Shown: positions 19,420 through 29,800 of the stretch, in pieces
How the letters are laid out: each line of letters begins with the position of its first letter
How positions within the stretch are numbered: the stretch's first letter is position 1
Assembly: GCA_965140445.1 (NCBI GenBank)
Contig: OZ223236.1
Span: 2,368,001-2,432,000, forward strand
Direction: 5' to 3'
DNA length: 64,000 nucleotides
DNA from: Candidatus Ozemobacteraceae bacterium
GTDB lineage: Bacteria; Muiribacteriota; Ozemobacteria; Ozemobacterales; Ozemobacteraceae
Notes under the pieces: generated by a model
Databases searched by the model: none
What the model was told of the DNA's origin: nothing
What the model saw: the letters and a program-made list of their open reading frames with translations, nothing else
Program-made: the position numbers and the translations under genes

Positions 19420-20055
19420 ATGAAAAGAATTGGTTTGTTGTTGGCAATGCTTGTTTGTTTCTCGAGCATGTTATTGGCTGATACTTCATGTAAAAAGTTT
19501 GATGATGTGGGCGGAAGTTCCACAATGCCATATAATTTTCGCAGTATTGATAATAAGCTTTTTGCTGGCGGTTTTTTGTTTAACCCAGTATCAAAGGGTA
19601 ACTCAAAAGAAAAGGTTAAAGAATATTTATTGTTGTTGAAGTCAATGGGAGCAAAAAACATTATTTTGTTACATGTTCCTTTGAAATCGGATCGTTTCAC
19701 CCAGACTCTTGAAAAACTTTGTGATGAAACCGGTCTTTCACTTATTAAAAGAAGAATGAATGCTCTTCAGGTGCCAACTGAGGAGCAAACAAAAGAATTG
19801 CTTCAAGCTATTGATGAAGGCTCATATGTTCATTGCATGTGGGGATGTGATAGAACAGGGGCAGTTATTGCAAAATACCTAAGGCTAAAGCACGGCTTCA
19901 GCGGTAAAAAAGCCTGGGAAGCTATCATAAAAAATGGTTCTCATGCAGGCAAAATTGGCGGATTTAAGGTTAAGCCCTCAAATAGAAATCTACTTTTGTA
20001 TTTTTGGCCAGAAGTAGAGAGAGAAGCTCCTGAAGTCTTTGATTTTTACCGATAA
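19420..20055 (+). CDS. Exported Cys-dependent (PTP/DSP-fold) phosphatase
   Basis: Signal peptide, PYNFR motif, P-loop HCMWGCDRTG. Confidence 0.8.
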   Translation: MKRIGLLLAMLVCFSSMLLADTSCKKFDDVGGSSTMPYNFRSIDNKLFAGGFLFNPVSKGNSKEKVKEYLLLLKSMGAKNIILLHVPLKSDRFTQTLEKLCDETGLSLIKRRMNALQVPTEEQTKELLQAIDEGSYVHCMWGCDRTGAVIAKYLRLKHGFSGKKAWEAIIKNGSHAGKIGGFKVKPSNRNLLLYFWPEVEREAPEVFDFYR

Positions 20056-20101
20056 AAATCTCATAAACTTACCGTTTAAAACCAGGCTGATAAAAAAAAT
20101 A

Positions 20102-21571
20102 TTAGCCTGGTTTTTCTTCAGTTGTATCTTCTGGTGTCTCTTCTGATTGCCCCTCTGGAGCGGAAGTCTCAATCGGAGTCTCAACCGAAGGAGCATCCTC
20201 TGCAGTCGGCGAGGCTTCAGGGGCTGGAGCTTTAGCAGACGTATCTTCTGAAGTAGCATCAGCTGTTTCAGCGTTTGCAGTTTCCTGGGCACTTTCACCT
20301 TCTGAAGGTTGTGAAGTCTCAGGCTTAGCTGTTCCTTTTTTTCTGTTTAACTTATTCAGCAATGGCTTAAGCTTTTGTTTAAGATCCCAGATTTTTCCTT
20401 TAAAACCTTCGGGCCTTACTTCATTTTCAATTTCAACTGTTGCAGAAGGAATTGCTTCACCTGAGCTTTCACCCTCTTCCAGGCCTTCAGCTGCAATCTT
20501 TGCTTCTTTTTTCTTTTTGATTATTGTTGAAACTCCACCAATAGTTCCAGCAACTAAAACTAATAAAATGAGCCACATGCTTTTTAGTTTCATCATCCAA
20601 TACAATTTGGATGCTCCTGGTGGAGGATTCTTATTTGCCAAAGCCAGGTTGAGATGTTTTTCAGCCTTTTTCAAATTTGGTCGCTTTGCGTTAACATAAT
20701 ACAGTGCTAATGCGTAGTTGCCCCATGGGTCTTTCTGGTTTTTTCTTAGTAAGGTGTCTCCGTTTCTTTTTATTGTGGAGTAGTTTATTTTTGTTCCATT
20801 TAGCTGGGCTTCTATCAAATATACGCAGCCTTCGGGGGTTTTTGCTGCTTCCCTGTTCTTTTTGAAGAGGGCATCTATCTCTTTCCATTTTTCTTTTTTC
20901 TTAAGTTTTAATGCTTGAGCAAAGATAGAATCGAAAGAGTTTTTATCATTTTCTTCTTCATCTTCGTTGTCTGAAATATTTTTATCTGTTGGATTTTCCT
21001 CTTCATCAAGAGCTTTCTTTTCCCACTCATTGGCAACATCAAGGGTGAAACTCGACACAAAAGTAACTCGTTCTTGAACATAATCTTTTAAATTATCGTA
21101 GTTATAATATTTAGAAAGAACTTCAATTGCATCACCTAATTCAGATGATTTTTGTAACTGTTTCATTCTGGAAGCCATCTTAGCGGCTTCTTCGTCATCC
21201 TGAACCTTCATTTTTTTAGGGATTGGTTTTCTGGAAAGGTGCTCCACAACTTTTTCAATTGTTTGCAGCGAATTTAAAACTGGTATTTGTTTTTTTATTT
21301 TTTTTAAATCTGGTAAAGGTTCTTTGCGAGGTGGGATGGGAATGGGGGAAACTTTTGGTTTTGAAATCTCATGAGATTGATCCCTTTCCGGGATAACAAA
21401 GCCTGGATTTACCTTATATTTGACTGATGGGGATGGAAGCTGTTTTAACAGTTCTTCAGGACTAACCGCTCCCAATAATGAAATGCTTATTGAGAGAAGC
21501 GGTAATATTGTTAAAAAAAGCTTTTGTAAGAATTTAGTCACGTTTTGCTGAAAATTTGTCCCTTGATTCAA
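20102..21571 (-). CDS. Hypothetical membrane protein (signal peptide, TPR-like helices, one TM, acidic low-complexity tail)
   Basis: Hydrophobic N-terminus, [15 protein letters not shown]-like segment, [21 protein letters not shown]-rich C-terminus; start uncertain. Confidence 0.7.
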   Translation of the reverse strand: MNQGTNFQQNVTKFLQKLFLTILPLLSISISLLGAVSPEELLKQLPSPSVKYKVNPGFVIPERDQSHEISKPKVSPIPIPPRKEPLPDLKKIKKQIPVLNSLQTIEKVVEHLSRKPIPKKMKVQDDEEAAKMASRMKQLQKSSELGDAIEVLSKYYNYDNLKDYVQERVTFVSSFTLDVANEWEKKALDEEENPTDKNISDNEDEEENDKNSFDSIFAQALKLKKKEKWKEIDALFKKNREAAKTPEGCVYLIEAQLNGTKINYSTIKRNGDTLLRKNQKDPWGNYALALYYVNAKRPNLKKAEKHLNLALANKNPPPGASKLYWMMKLKSMWLILLVLVAGTIGGVSTIIKKKKEAKIAAEGLEEGESSGEAIPSATVEIENEVRPEGFKGKIWDLKQKLKPLLNKLNRKKGTAKPETSQPSEGESAQETANAETADATSEDTSAKAPAPEASPTAEDAPSVETPIETSAPEGQSEETPEDTTEEKPG

Positions 21572-22007
21572 CTGCTAACTTATCGCATCTTTCATTTTCA
21601 GGATGCCCTGAATGGCCTTTTATCCAATTCCAGGAAAGATCATGGGTGGTAGAAAGTTTGACCAGTTTTTCCCAAAGATCTTTGTTTTTTACAGGCTTTT
21701 TTGCTGCGGTTTTCCAGCCATTTTTTTGCCAATTTTCCAACCAGCCTTTTGTAAAGGCATCAGATATATATTTGCTGTCAGTAAAAACTTCTACTACGCA
21801 TGGCTCTTTTAGTGAGTCTAGTCCTTCTATTACAGCCATTAACTCCATGCGATTATTGGTCGTTTCTGCAGCTCCTCCAGATAGTTCCTTTTCTTTGGAA
21901 TTAAATCGCAAGATAGAGCCCCATCCGCCAGGGCCTGGGTTGCCACTGCATGCACCATCAGTATAAAGTTCTACTTTTTTGTTTTTTTCAGCTTTTTTTG
22001 ATTCCAT
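21534..22007 (-). CDS. rnhA: Ribonuclease HI
   Basis: [49 protein letters not shown]. Confidence 0.96.
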   Translation of the reverse strand: MESKKAEKNKKVELYTDGACSGNPGPGGWGSILRFNSKEKELSGGAAETTNNRMELMAVIEGLDSLKEPCVVEVFTDSKYISDAFTKGWLENWQKNGWKTAAKKPVKNKDLWEKLVKLSTTHDLSWNWIKGHSGHPENERCDKLAVESRDKFSAKRD

Positions 22008-23847
22008 GAATAACCTCTGGTAGGAGAATTTCGAATTTTGTTCCTTTGTTTTGCTCACTTGAAACATCTATTGTTCCACCAAGCTCTGTTACAAGTTTCT
22101 TAACAATACTTAGCCCTAAGCCAGTTCCGCCATATTTTCTTTTGTTGCCATGGCTAACCTGGAAAAATGGGCTAAATATCTTATCAACATCTTCCTGTGC
22201 AATTCCTATCCCCGTATCTGTGACGCTATAATAAAGATCCTTATCCCGAATTTCTAAGTTAAAAAAAACTTTTCCCTCTTTACAAAATTTAAAGGCATTA
22301 ACGACCAGATTAATAATGGTTTGTTGTAATGCGAATTTGTCTGTTTCCAAAACTACTTTGCCTTCAGGAAAAGAAATTTCCAATTGGGTTCTGGCTGAAG
22401 CCAGTTGAAAGTTGATTACTGAACGCACATTTTCTATAACTTCGGTTAAATCAAAAACTTCTTTTTGATATGTGAATTTGCCGGCTTCAAGCTGTGAAAA
22501 GCGTAAGATTGAATCAATAAGACTTTGAAGGTGGTTTGAGCTATTATAGATTCTTTCGCCCAGTAACCTTACAGGCTGGGCCAAATTTTTTCCTATTGGA
22601 CCAGATTCATTCATTATCAATCTACCATAGCCCTTAATGGCTGTTAGAGGAGTTTTTAACTCGTGACTCATCATGGCTAGAAATTGTGATTTTGTTTTAT
22701 TTGCTTCTTCTGCTTTATTCTTAGCTTCAATTAAAGCCAACTCTGTGGCTTTTCGTCTATTTACTTCACTTTCTAATTGCTGAATTACCATTTCTTTGGC
22801 TTTGCTTTCTGCCTTGGCAACTATTACTTGTTCGTGGTTCTTTTCAATGGTCTCCTGCATTTTTTTGTAAACGTCCATACCCTTGGATGGGCCAAAAAGC
22901 TCAACCAAGAGCACGTAAGGCGGGAGAGGTGTGCTTTTTAATGAGTAAATTGAATTAATGGTGAGTTCAATTCTTCTAATACCTAAAGATGTTGTGATAT
23001 AGCTTAGGGCAATTATCAGGTGGACTGGACTTGAAGGAATTTCAGATGGTTTAAATTTGGGAAAAAGACCCGCATAAATCGCGCACCCAATACTCATTAA
23101 GACCAACCCAAAACTTAAAATTTGAGCTGGCTGCATTAGCTTCCCTTTGGCATTTTTCCAAAGATGAATAGCCATTGATGCCATGTAACCCAAGCTTAAA
23201 GCATAAATCATTCCAAAAATAAATTCTTTTTTGTTAGAAATCAGGTTAACCCTATCTATTAGTCCATGATTCATTAAAAAAGGAAGAGAGACATAAAAGC
23301 CTGAAATTATAAGAGAATATATTATTGGCTGATTATTGAACTCCACCTTACATAACTTGCTTAAAGTATTTAATGATGGAAAAACTAGAATAATGGCAAT
23401 TAAAAAGAAAATATTATTAAAGGCGATTTCCTTAAAATCCGCAAAATTAGTGAGCCAGAAAATGTAATCGAGAAAATTTCCGATTGCTGCACTGGCGGTT
23501 CCAATAGTTAAGAGCAAAATAACACTGTGTGAATCACTTTTAGTTGGAGTTCTAAGAAGTGCTTTAATACATATTATGGCTGAGATTATATTTATTGATA
23601 CAAAGATGGCATACATTAATTTTGCATGAATTATCGATCTTGCCGGGATGCCAAAATAATTGCAGAAAAAATACCCAGCCAGCATTGCCAGCATTGAAAT
23701 CCACATTATTAGAAGCTCTGGTTTTGAGAAACGCTCTGTTAATATCTTTTGCTGGTTAAATTCTTCTAGAGCTTCAGATTCAGAATTGGAAAGAGAAGCA
23801 TTGTGCTTTTCCAGTTCTGCCACTGAATATATGTTTATTTTTTCCAT
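21988..23847 (-). CDS. Polytopic membrane sensor histidine kinase
   Basis: Multiple N-terminal TM helices, H-box SHELKTPL, N-box [21 protein letters not shown]. Confidence 0.9.
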   Translation of the reverse strand: MEKINIYSVAELEKHNASLSNSESEALEEFNQQKILTERFSKPELLIMWISMLAMLAGYFFCNYFGIPARSIIHAKLMYAIFVSINIISAIICIKALLRTPTKSDSHSVILLLTIGTASAAIGNFLDYIFWLTNFADFKEIAFNNIFFLIAIILVFPSLNTLSKLCKVEFNNQPIIYSLIISGFYVSLPFLMNHGLIDRVNLISNKKEFIFGMIYALSLGYMASMAIHLWKNAKGKLMQPAQILSFGLVLMSIGCAIYAGLFPKFKPSEIPSSPVHLIIALSYITTSLGIRRIELTINSIYSLKSTPLPPYVLLVELFGPSKGMDVYKKMQETIEKNHEQVIVAKAESKAKEMVIQQLESEVNRRKATELALIEAKNKAEEANKTKSQFLAMMSHELKTPLTAIKGYGRLIMNESGPIGKNLAQPVRLLGERIYNSSNHLQSLIDSILRFSQLEAGKFTYQKEVFDLTEVIENVRSVINFQLASARTQLEISFPEGKVVLETDKFALQQTIINLVVNAFKFCKEGKVFFNLEIRDKDLYYSVTDTGIGIAQEDVDKIFSPFFQVSHGNKRKYGGTGLGLSIVKKLVTELGGTIDVSSEQNKGTKFEILLPEVIHGIKKS

Positions 23848-26800
23848 TACTCGCTTGACCAGACTTCATTTAAAAAACCGCTCGCGGAATTTTCTCCGCC
23901 AGCAATGAACATTCTACCATTAACTGAGGCAGATTGGGAAAAACCTCTTTTAGAAAAATGTACTCCGGTAGCGGGTTCATTTTCTAATACTTTAATAAAG
24001 TTAAATCCATCTGAAGTTGTCCAAATATCGTTGAAGAAAGTAATTGAGCTTCCTGAAAACTTATCTGCTCCGCCTATAAGCCAATATCTATTCTTAAAAA
24101 AAACTGTTGCTGCAGAGCATCTTGGAGCAAAAGGACCATTAATGTTTTCAAGTAACCATAAATTTCCATTTGAGCTGGACCAGATGTCGTTCAATGGCCC
24201 CAAAACCCCGTTTTGATTTTTCCCATATCCTCCCCAAAGCCACATTTTTCCATTTATTACACCGCAGCTTGCTCTGATTCTTGGAAAAAAGCTGACAATC
24301 TGGGAGCCTTCTGTCCATGATGAGCCATCAGAAGTCTTCCAGCTATCGTCCAGATAGACTGGGTTTTCATTTGCATCAATTGTTACTCCGCCCAGTATCC
24401 AAATTTGATTATTAAACACACAAACAGAATGGAAAGCTCTTTTAAAGAAAGGCCCGGCGGCTACAACTTTCGTCCAGTTCCTGCCGTCCACACTATTCCA
24501 GACGTCATCGTAATAAGCTATTCCCGATTCTGTCTCTGAATAACCACCAATTAACCAGATCTTACCGTTAAAGACAACACAAGAATGCCCGGCACGAGGT
24601 TCAAACTGACTTGCCAGTGGTGTAGACGTTGAAGCGAGTTCTCTAGTCCAGCTTACCCCATCGGACGAGCGCCAAACGTCATTTAGAAATTCCCCGTCGT
24701 TTCCTCCGATGCACCAGAGATAATTATTAAACTCAATGACGGAGTGGTCTCTCCTTGAGGAAAAATGGGTTTCAACGTAAGCTTGTGCCACATCCTGACG
24801 CCAGACTTCGCCTTCTCTGCCAATTGTTGAGAAAGACCAGGAATAAGGGGAAAGTATAAAGTTGTTAGAGCTATCCTTCGCACTGGAATCAATGTTTAAT
24901 TGATATGAGGTAGAAAATGCCAGTGGTGAAGAAGGTGTGAAAATCATTTTATTGCCATCCCAGGCAAATGTTCCTGGAATATCTGTTCCGCCTTGCTTCA
25001 TTGTAAAGGCATTCTGGCAAGAAGTTTGATCCATTGTCTTAGAAAAAACAGTAACAATAGTAGTTTGGGTAGACACATTTGTTGCTGCATCTAGCGGCTG
25101 TAATTGAGAAAGTAATACTTCCGGTCTACTAACCGTTTTAAACGGGAGTAAAAAATCCTGCTCAAGTGTAAGGTTTGATGTGTCCTTGGCTGAAGATGAA
25201 ATTTTCAATAGATAAGAAAGATTATGAGCAAGGTTTTGTGAAAAAGCGATGTTAACGCCTCTGGAATCAGGTGTCCAGGTAAATGTAGGTGTTCCTGAAG
25301 CAGATGGTGAAATACTAAAAGCGCTTTCAACCGTTGATTTGGCCATCTCACGATCAAAAGCAAAGTTGAATGTCTGGTTGACTGGAACATCAATACTTCC
25401 TGCGTCGGGGGTGGTAGAAGAAATCGATGGGCCCGGAATCACCTCAGTCGTAAACTTAAAGTTTAGAGGCATTCCCAGAGGTTTATTGAACTGGTCCAAA
25501 GTAGTTGAAGCAATATAAATTTGATAATTCTGATTCCCGGCAAGGTTGCCACCAGGAGAAAGAGTTGCTCGCGTATTGGTTGAATCCCAGGCTATATTGA
25601 CTCCGCCCGTTGGTGAGGGGACAAAAATTGGATTAAAGGTAGAAGTTTTAACTGAATTAGAAAAGAATAAACTGAACTGGGTATTTACTGGGATATTTGT
25701 TGAGCCGCTCGCAGGCGTTATGTTATTGAAGACAAAAGCAGGGCTTTTAACCGTAGAAAAATTAACTGAGCTGGTTTGCCCCGTAACATTCCCATTCAAA
25801 TCTTCCCCAGAGTTGTCAATGATTATTGTGTAACTTGCATCTGGTGAAAAGGAGGGGTTACCGCGGCAAGATAATGAATTTCCAGACCATGAAAAAGAGC
25901 AGGTTTCGGGGGTAAAACCATTTAAAAGCTCCACCGCCTGTTGGGTTTTTATCTGATTCATTGGTTTATTAAAGTTTATCAGGATTGAACTGTCTGTGGC
26001 TATATTTGACGCATTATTGGAAACTGAAAATGATTCAACCTTTGGTTTCGCCTCAGTTTTGAATTGCATTACAAAGCTTTTCTGCATTTGCTGATTTTGG
26101 AAATCCAACGCTGCCGTTGCAATGCTGGCTGTATACAGAGTCGAAAAATCAAAAATACCTGGAATAGAAATCGTTGCGATCTTATTATCTGGGGCCCATG
26201 AAAAATTTGCTGTCCCGGGGTTCGGAGAGAAACTAAAGTTTTGAGCCGCGCTAACGGTATTCATGGCTTTGTTAAAATTGATTGTTAACACTGAGTTAAC
26301 CGGAACATTAATAGTGCCAGAGGCTGGGGTAACAGAAAGGGCAATGGCTCCAATAATTTCTTCGGCAACAAAGGTGAAACTTGTAGAACCTTCAATCAAG
26401 CTCCCTGAAAGGCTTGTTGAACTTGTTGAAATAGCGACCTGGTATGTGGCTTTGCTAACAAAGCTTTGTGAGGGTGAAATTGTTAGAGTTTTAAAATCCG
26501 AACTCCAATTTTTGGAGAAACCACTTACTAACGATGGGGTAAAAATTACTTCAACCGAACTCGAATTCATTGGAGTGTCAAATTCGACGATAACATCTGC
26601 ATTATAAGCAACGTTTTGCTGGAGGTTTGCTGGTGAGGTTGTCTTAACTCTGGGTCTTACATCTGAAATTACATTGAATTTGAAAGTAAAATCAGAAGCC
26701 AGAGTTAGATTATTTAAAGATTTTGCTGAAGATGCGATCTTTATAACTATTTCACTCCCCTGTGGAAGACTGGAGGAGGGGGTGAATACCAATTCAGTAT

Positions 26801-29800
26801 TGCTGTTCCATGAGAATGCCCCAGAAATCGCTTGAGTAGAGCTACTTATTGAAAAGCTGCTTTCAACTGAAGCTTTGTCCATTTCCATGGAAAAATTTAT
26901 TGTAACTGTTGAATTTGAAGCAATATCTCCCGCAAGGTTTGTTGGAACTGTGCTGCTTATTACTGGCTTTGCTATGGTTTTAAAATCGATTGAATAGCTT
27001 TTTATCAAATTTATGTTTGAAGCGTTCATTGCGCTTGAAGCAACAGTAAGTTGGTAGTTCGTGTTGTAAGAAAATGTTGAGCCATAATTCAATGTTAGAG
27101 TTTTATTATCTGACGACCAGGAAAACGATGGCGAAGATCCTGGAGACGGTTGAAGCGAAATGGCTGCTTTGGTAGAACTGTTATTCATTGATTGGTCGAA
27201 AGTTAAAATCAGACTCGTGGCAGGATTAAAAGAAACATCTCCGTGTGCTGGATTTGTGGAAGTTAATCTGGGACCAGTTGAGGTCAGAGTTGAAAAAGAA
27301 AAGCCACTTGAAGAGACAAGATTGTTACCATAAACATCCGTAGTTGAAGAATTCAAAGCTATATTATAGGTCGTCGAGTTTGCATAACCATTAAAATATT
27401 CTCTGGTAAGGGTTTTAAGATCAGAACTCCAGATATCTGAAAAAATTCCAGAAATAGCAGGAGAAATGGATAAACTAAATGTCGAAGTTGCCACCGGGTT
27501 GTTGAATTTAATAATCAGTTTTTCTGTTAGGCTTACGTTGGCACTATTTGATGCCGGACTATATTCTGTTGCTATAAAAGCGGGCGAGTTTTCTGTTTTA
27601 AAAGTTCTCGTAAAGGCACTCTGAATTTGAAATCCTTCAGAGCTTTTTGCATTTGATGAAATTCTAATGAGGTAATCCTTGTTATAAGACAAGCCTGCTG
27701 AAGGCGTTACATAAAGCGTGTCACCAATCCATTGAAATTGCACGGAGACTGAATTCCCCTGGTTGTCTGTCAGGGAAAATGCTGATTGGACAGAAACTTT
27801 ATTCATCTGGGTATTAAATGGAATTTTTAAAACAGTATTCGTAGCAATATTTGATTTGTTTTCACCAGGCAGGACATCGCTGGACAAAACCTTTGGTGAA
27901 TCGAGGGTTCTAAAATTTAAAACAAAAGGATTTGATAATGGAAGACCATCTATGGAAGCAGCTTTGGTTGCAACTTGGATAGAATAGTCCGTTTCAAAAG
28001 ACAGGTTTGCTGGAAACCGAATTTCCAATTCTGCGCTTTGGGTGTTCCAAAAGTATGTCGGTGAATCTGCCATTGCTGGTATAACAGTAACAGCAGATTC
28101 AGTTACACTTTGATTCATTGGAAGAGTAAAGCTTAAAAATACATTGGTAGAAATTGATGCTATGCGAAAATTATCGGGTGGAGAAGAGTTTAAAATCGCA
28201 GGTAATGAGATGCTATTAATTGAATAAGAGAAGCTAAATGATTTTGTAGTGCTATTTCCAGAAATATCTTCTAAGCCAGAACTCATTAAAAGCATGATAG
28301 TTGTTGATGCCGGCCACCTTGTTTTTGGCAGAATTGATACGGATTCATAATTGTCAGCCCATTGCAAATCAAACAATACTGAACCTGGGCTTGTTACTAC
28401 AGCAAAAGTTGGAGACGCAACTTTTTCACTGAATGTTAACTGTATTGGGCTATTAGCAAACAATATTGAGCCGGAAGCTGGTGAGATCTGAGTAATTGAT
28501 GGCGCTATCGAATCTCCAGTAGTAAAACTAAACTCAATATCCTGAGTTACCGGGTTTCCAGCAATGTCTTTCAGGCTGGTGTTAAGGGTTATACTGTATT
28601 TAGTATTATCCAGGAGTCCAGTTTGATATGTGACCTGAACCCTTTTCCCATCCGGAGTCCAGATGAATGAAGGTGTGCTCGATGGGGTAGGATAGATTTG
28701 TAAAGCACTCTCAAATGAGCTTTTTGATACTTCTTCTGTGAAGGTTAAAACAATAGAAGTATTTCTGGAAACATTTGAAGCATTCGATTTAGGCTCTGAA
28801 TCAAAAAGAGCAGGGGGAGAAGTGTCGTTGATTTTAAATTTGCTGAAATAATCTTGAACCAACCTTAAACCATTGGTTAGATCTGTAGCTTTTGATGCAA
28901 GGTTCCATGAATACTCCTTCCCGCTAATCCAATTACCAGAAGAAGGATAAATTTGAAGGGTTTTATTATCTGCTGTCCAGCTGAAGTTCAAAGGAATAGT
29001 TGGTGAAATACTGAAATTAGATTCAACAGTATTGGTTGCCATCGCAACGGAAAAATTAAAAATCAGTTTTGAATCTGAAGATATCGCAACCTGTGAATCT
29101 AATGGAGTATAGCTTAGAGATGGACTAAGAATGTTTGAAAAATGAAGATTAAAGTAATAGGTTTTTGATAATGGTTTACCTGAAACATCAGTAGCCGAAT
29201 TGCTTACCTCAAAAGTTAAGGTTTTATCAACAGGCCAACTTGTAGTGGGTTTGATACTGTATGCAAAATTGCCACTGATTGGAGAAATGGTTATTCCATC
29301 TGAAAAATCCAGAACTTTTATACTTTTTTCTACCGTTCTGGGATTCATATCTTCGCTGAAAACAATTTGTATCTCTGAATTATTGGATAAATTAGCGCTG
29401 CCTGAAGCGGGAGAAATTTTAGAAATTGTCGGGGCAGTAAAATCTCCGGTGGAAAAATAGCTAAACCGACTTCTGCCTAAAAACTGATCATTTTCATCTT
29501 TTGCCAATTCAGAAAAGTCAACAATAAACGAAGTATTGTCAGGGAGCCCTTGTGCGAATAATATGCTGAGTTCTTTTTTGTCTGAACTTAGGGACATGGT
29601 TGGCGTTAATTGTAAGTCTGGCTGTATTGAGAATGACTTTGAAAGTTTCTCAATGCTCACTGGGCTTGAAAATGAGAATTTCAACTCATTTAAACTACTG
29701 GTTAAAAAGGTTTCTCCTTTTTCAGGTTGAGTCTGTATAAAGCTCGCTCCAAGCAGGTTTGAAGAGTTAATTTCAAAGAAATGGTCAGATGCTAATGGGT

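Noticed and set aside
19275..19700. 141-aa minus-strand ORF
   Set aside because: Antisense to the 58-aa gene, its terminator and the phosphatase
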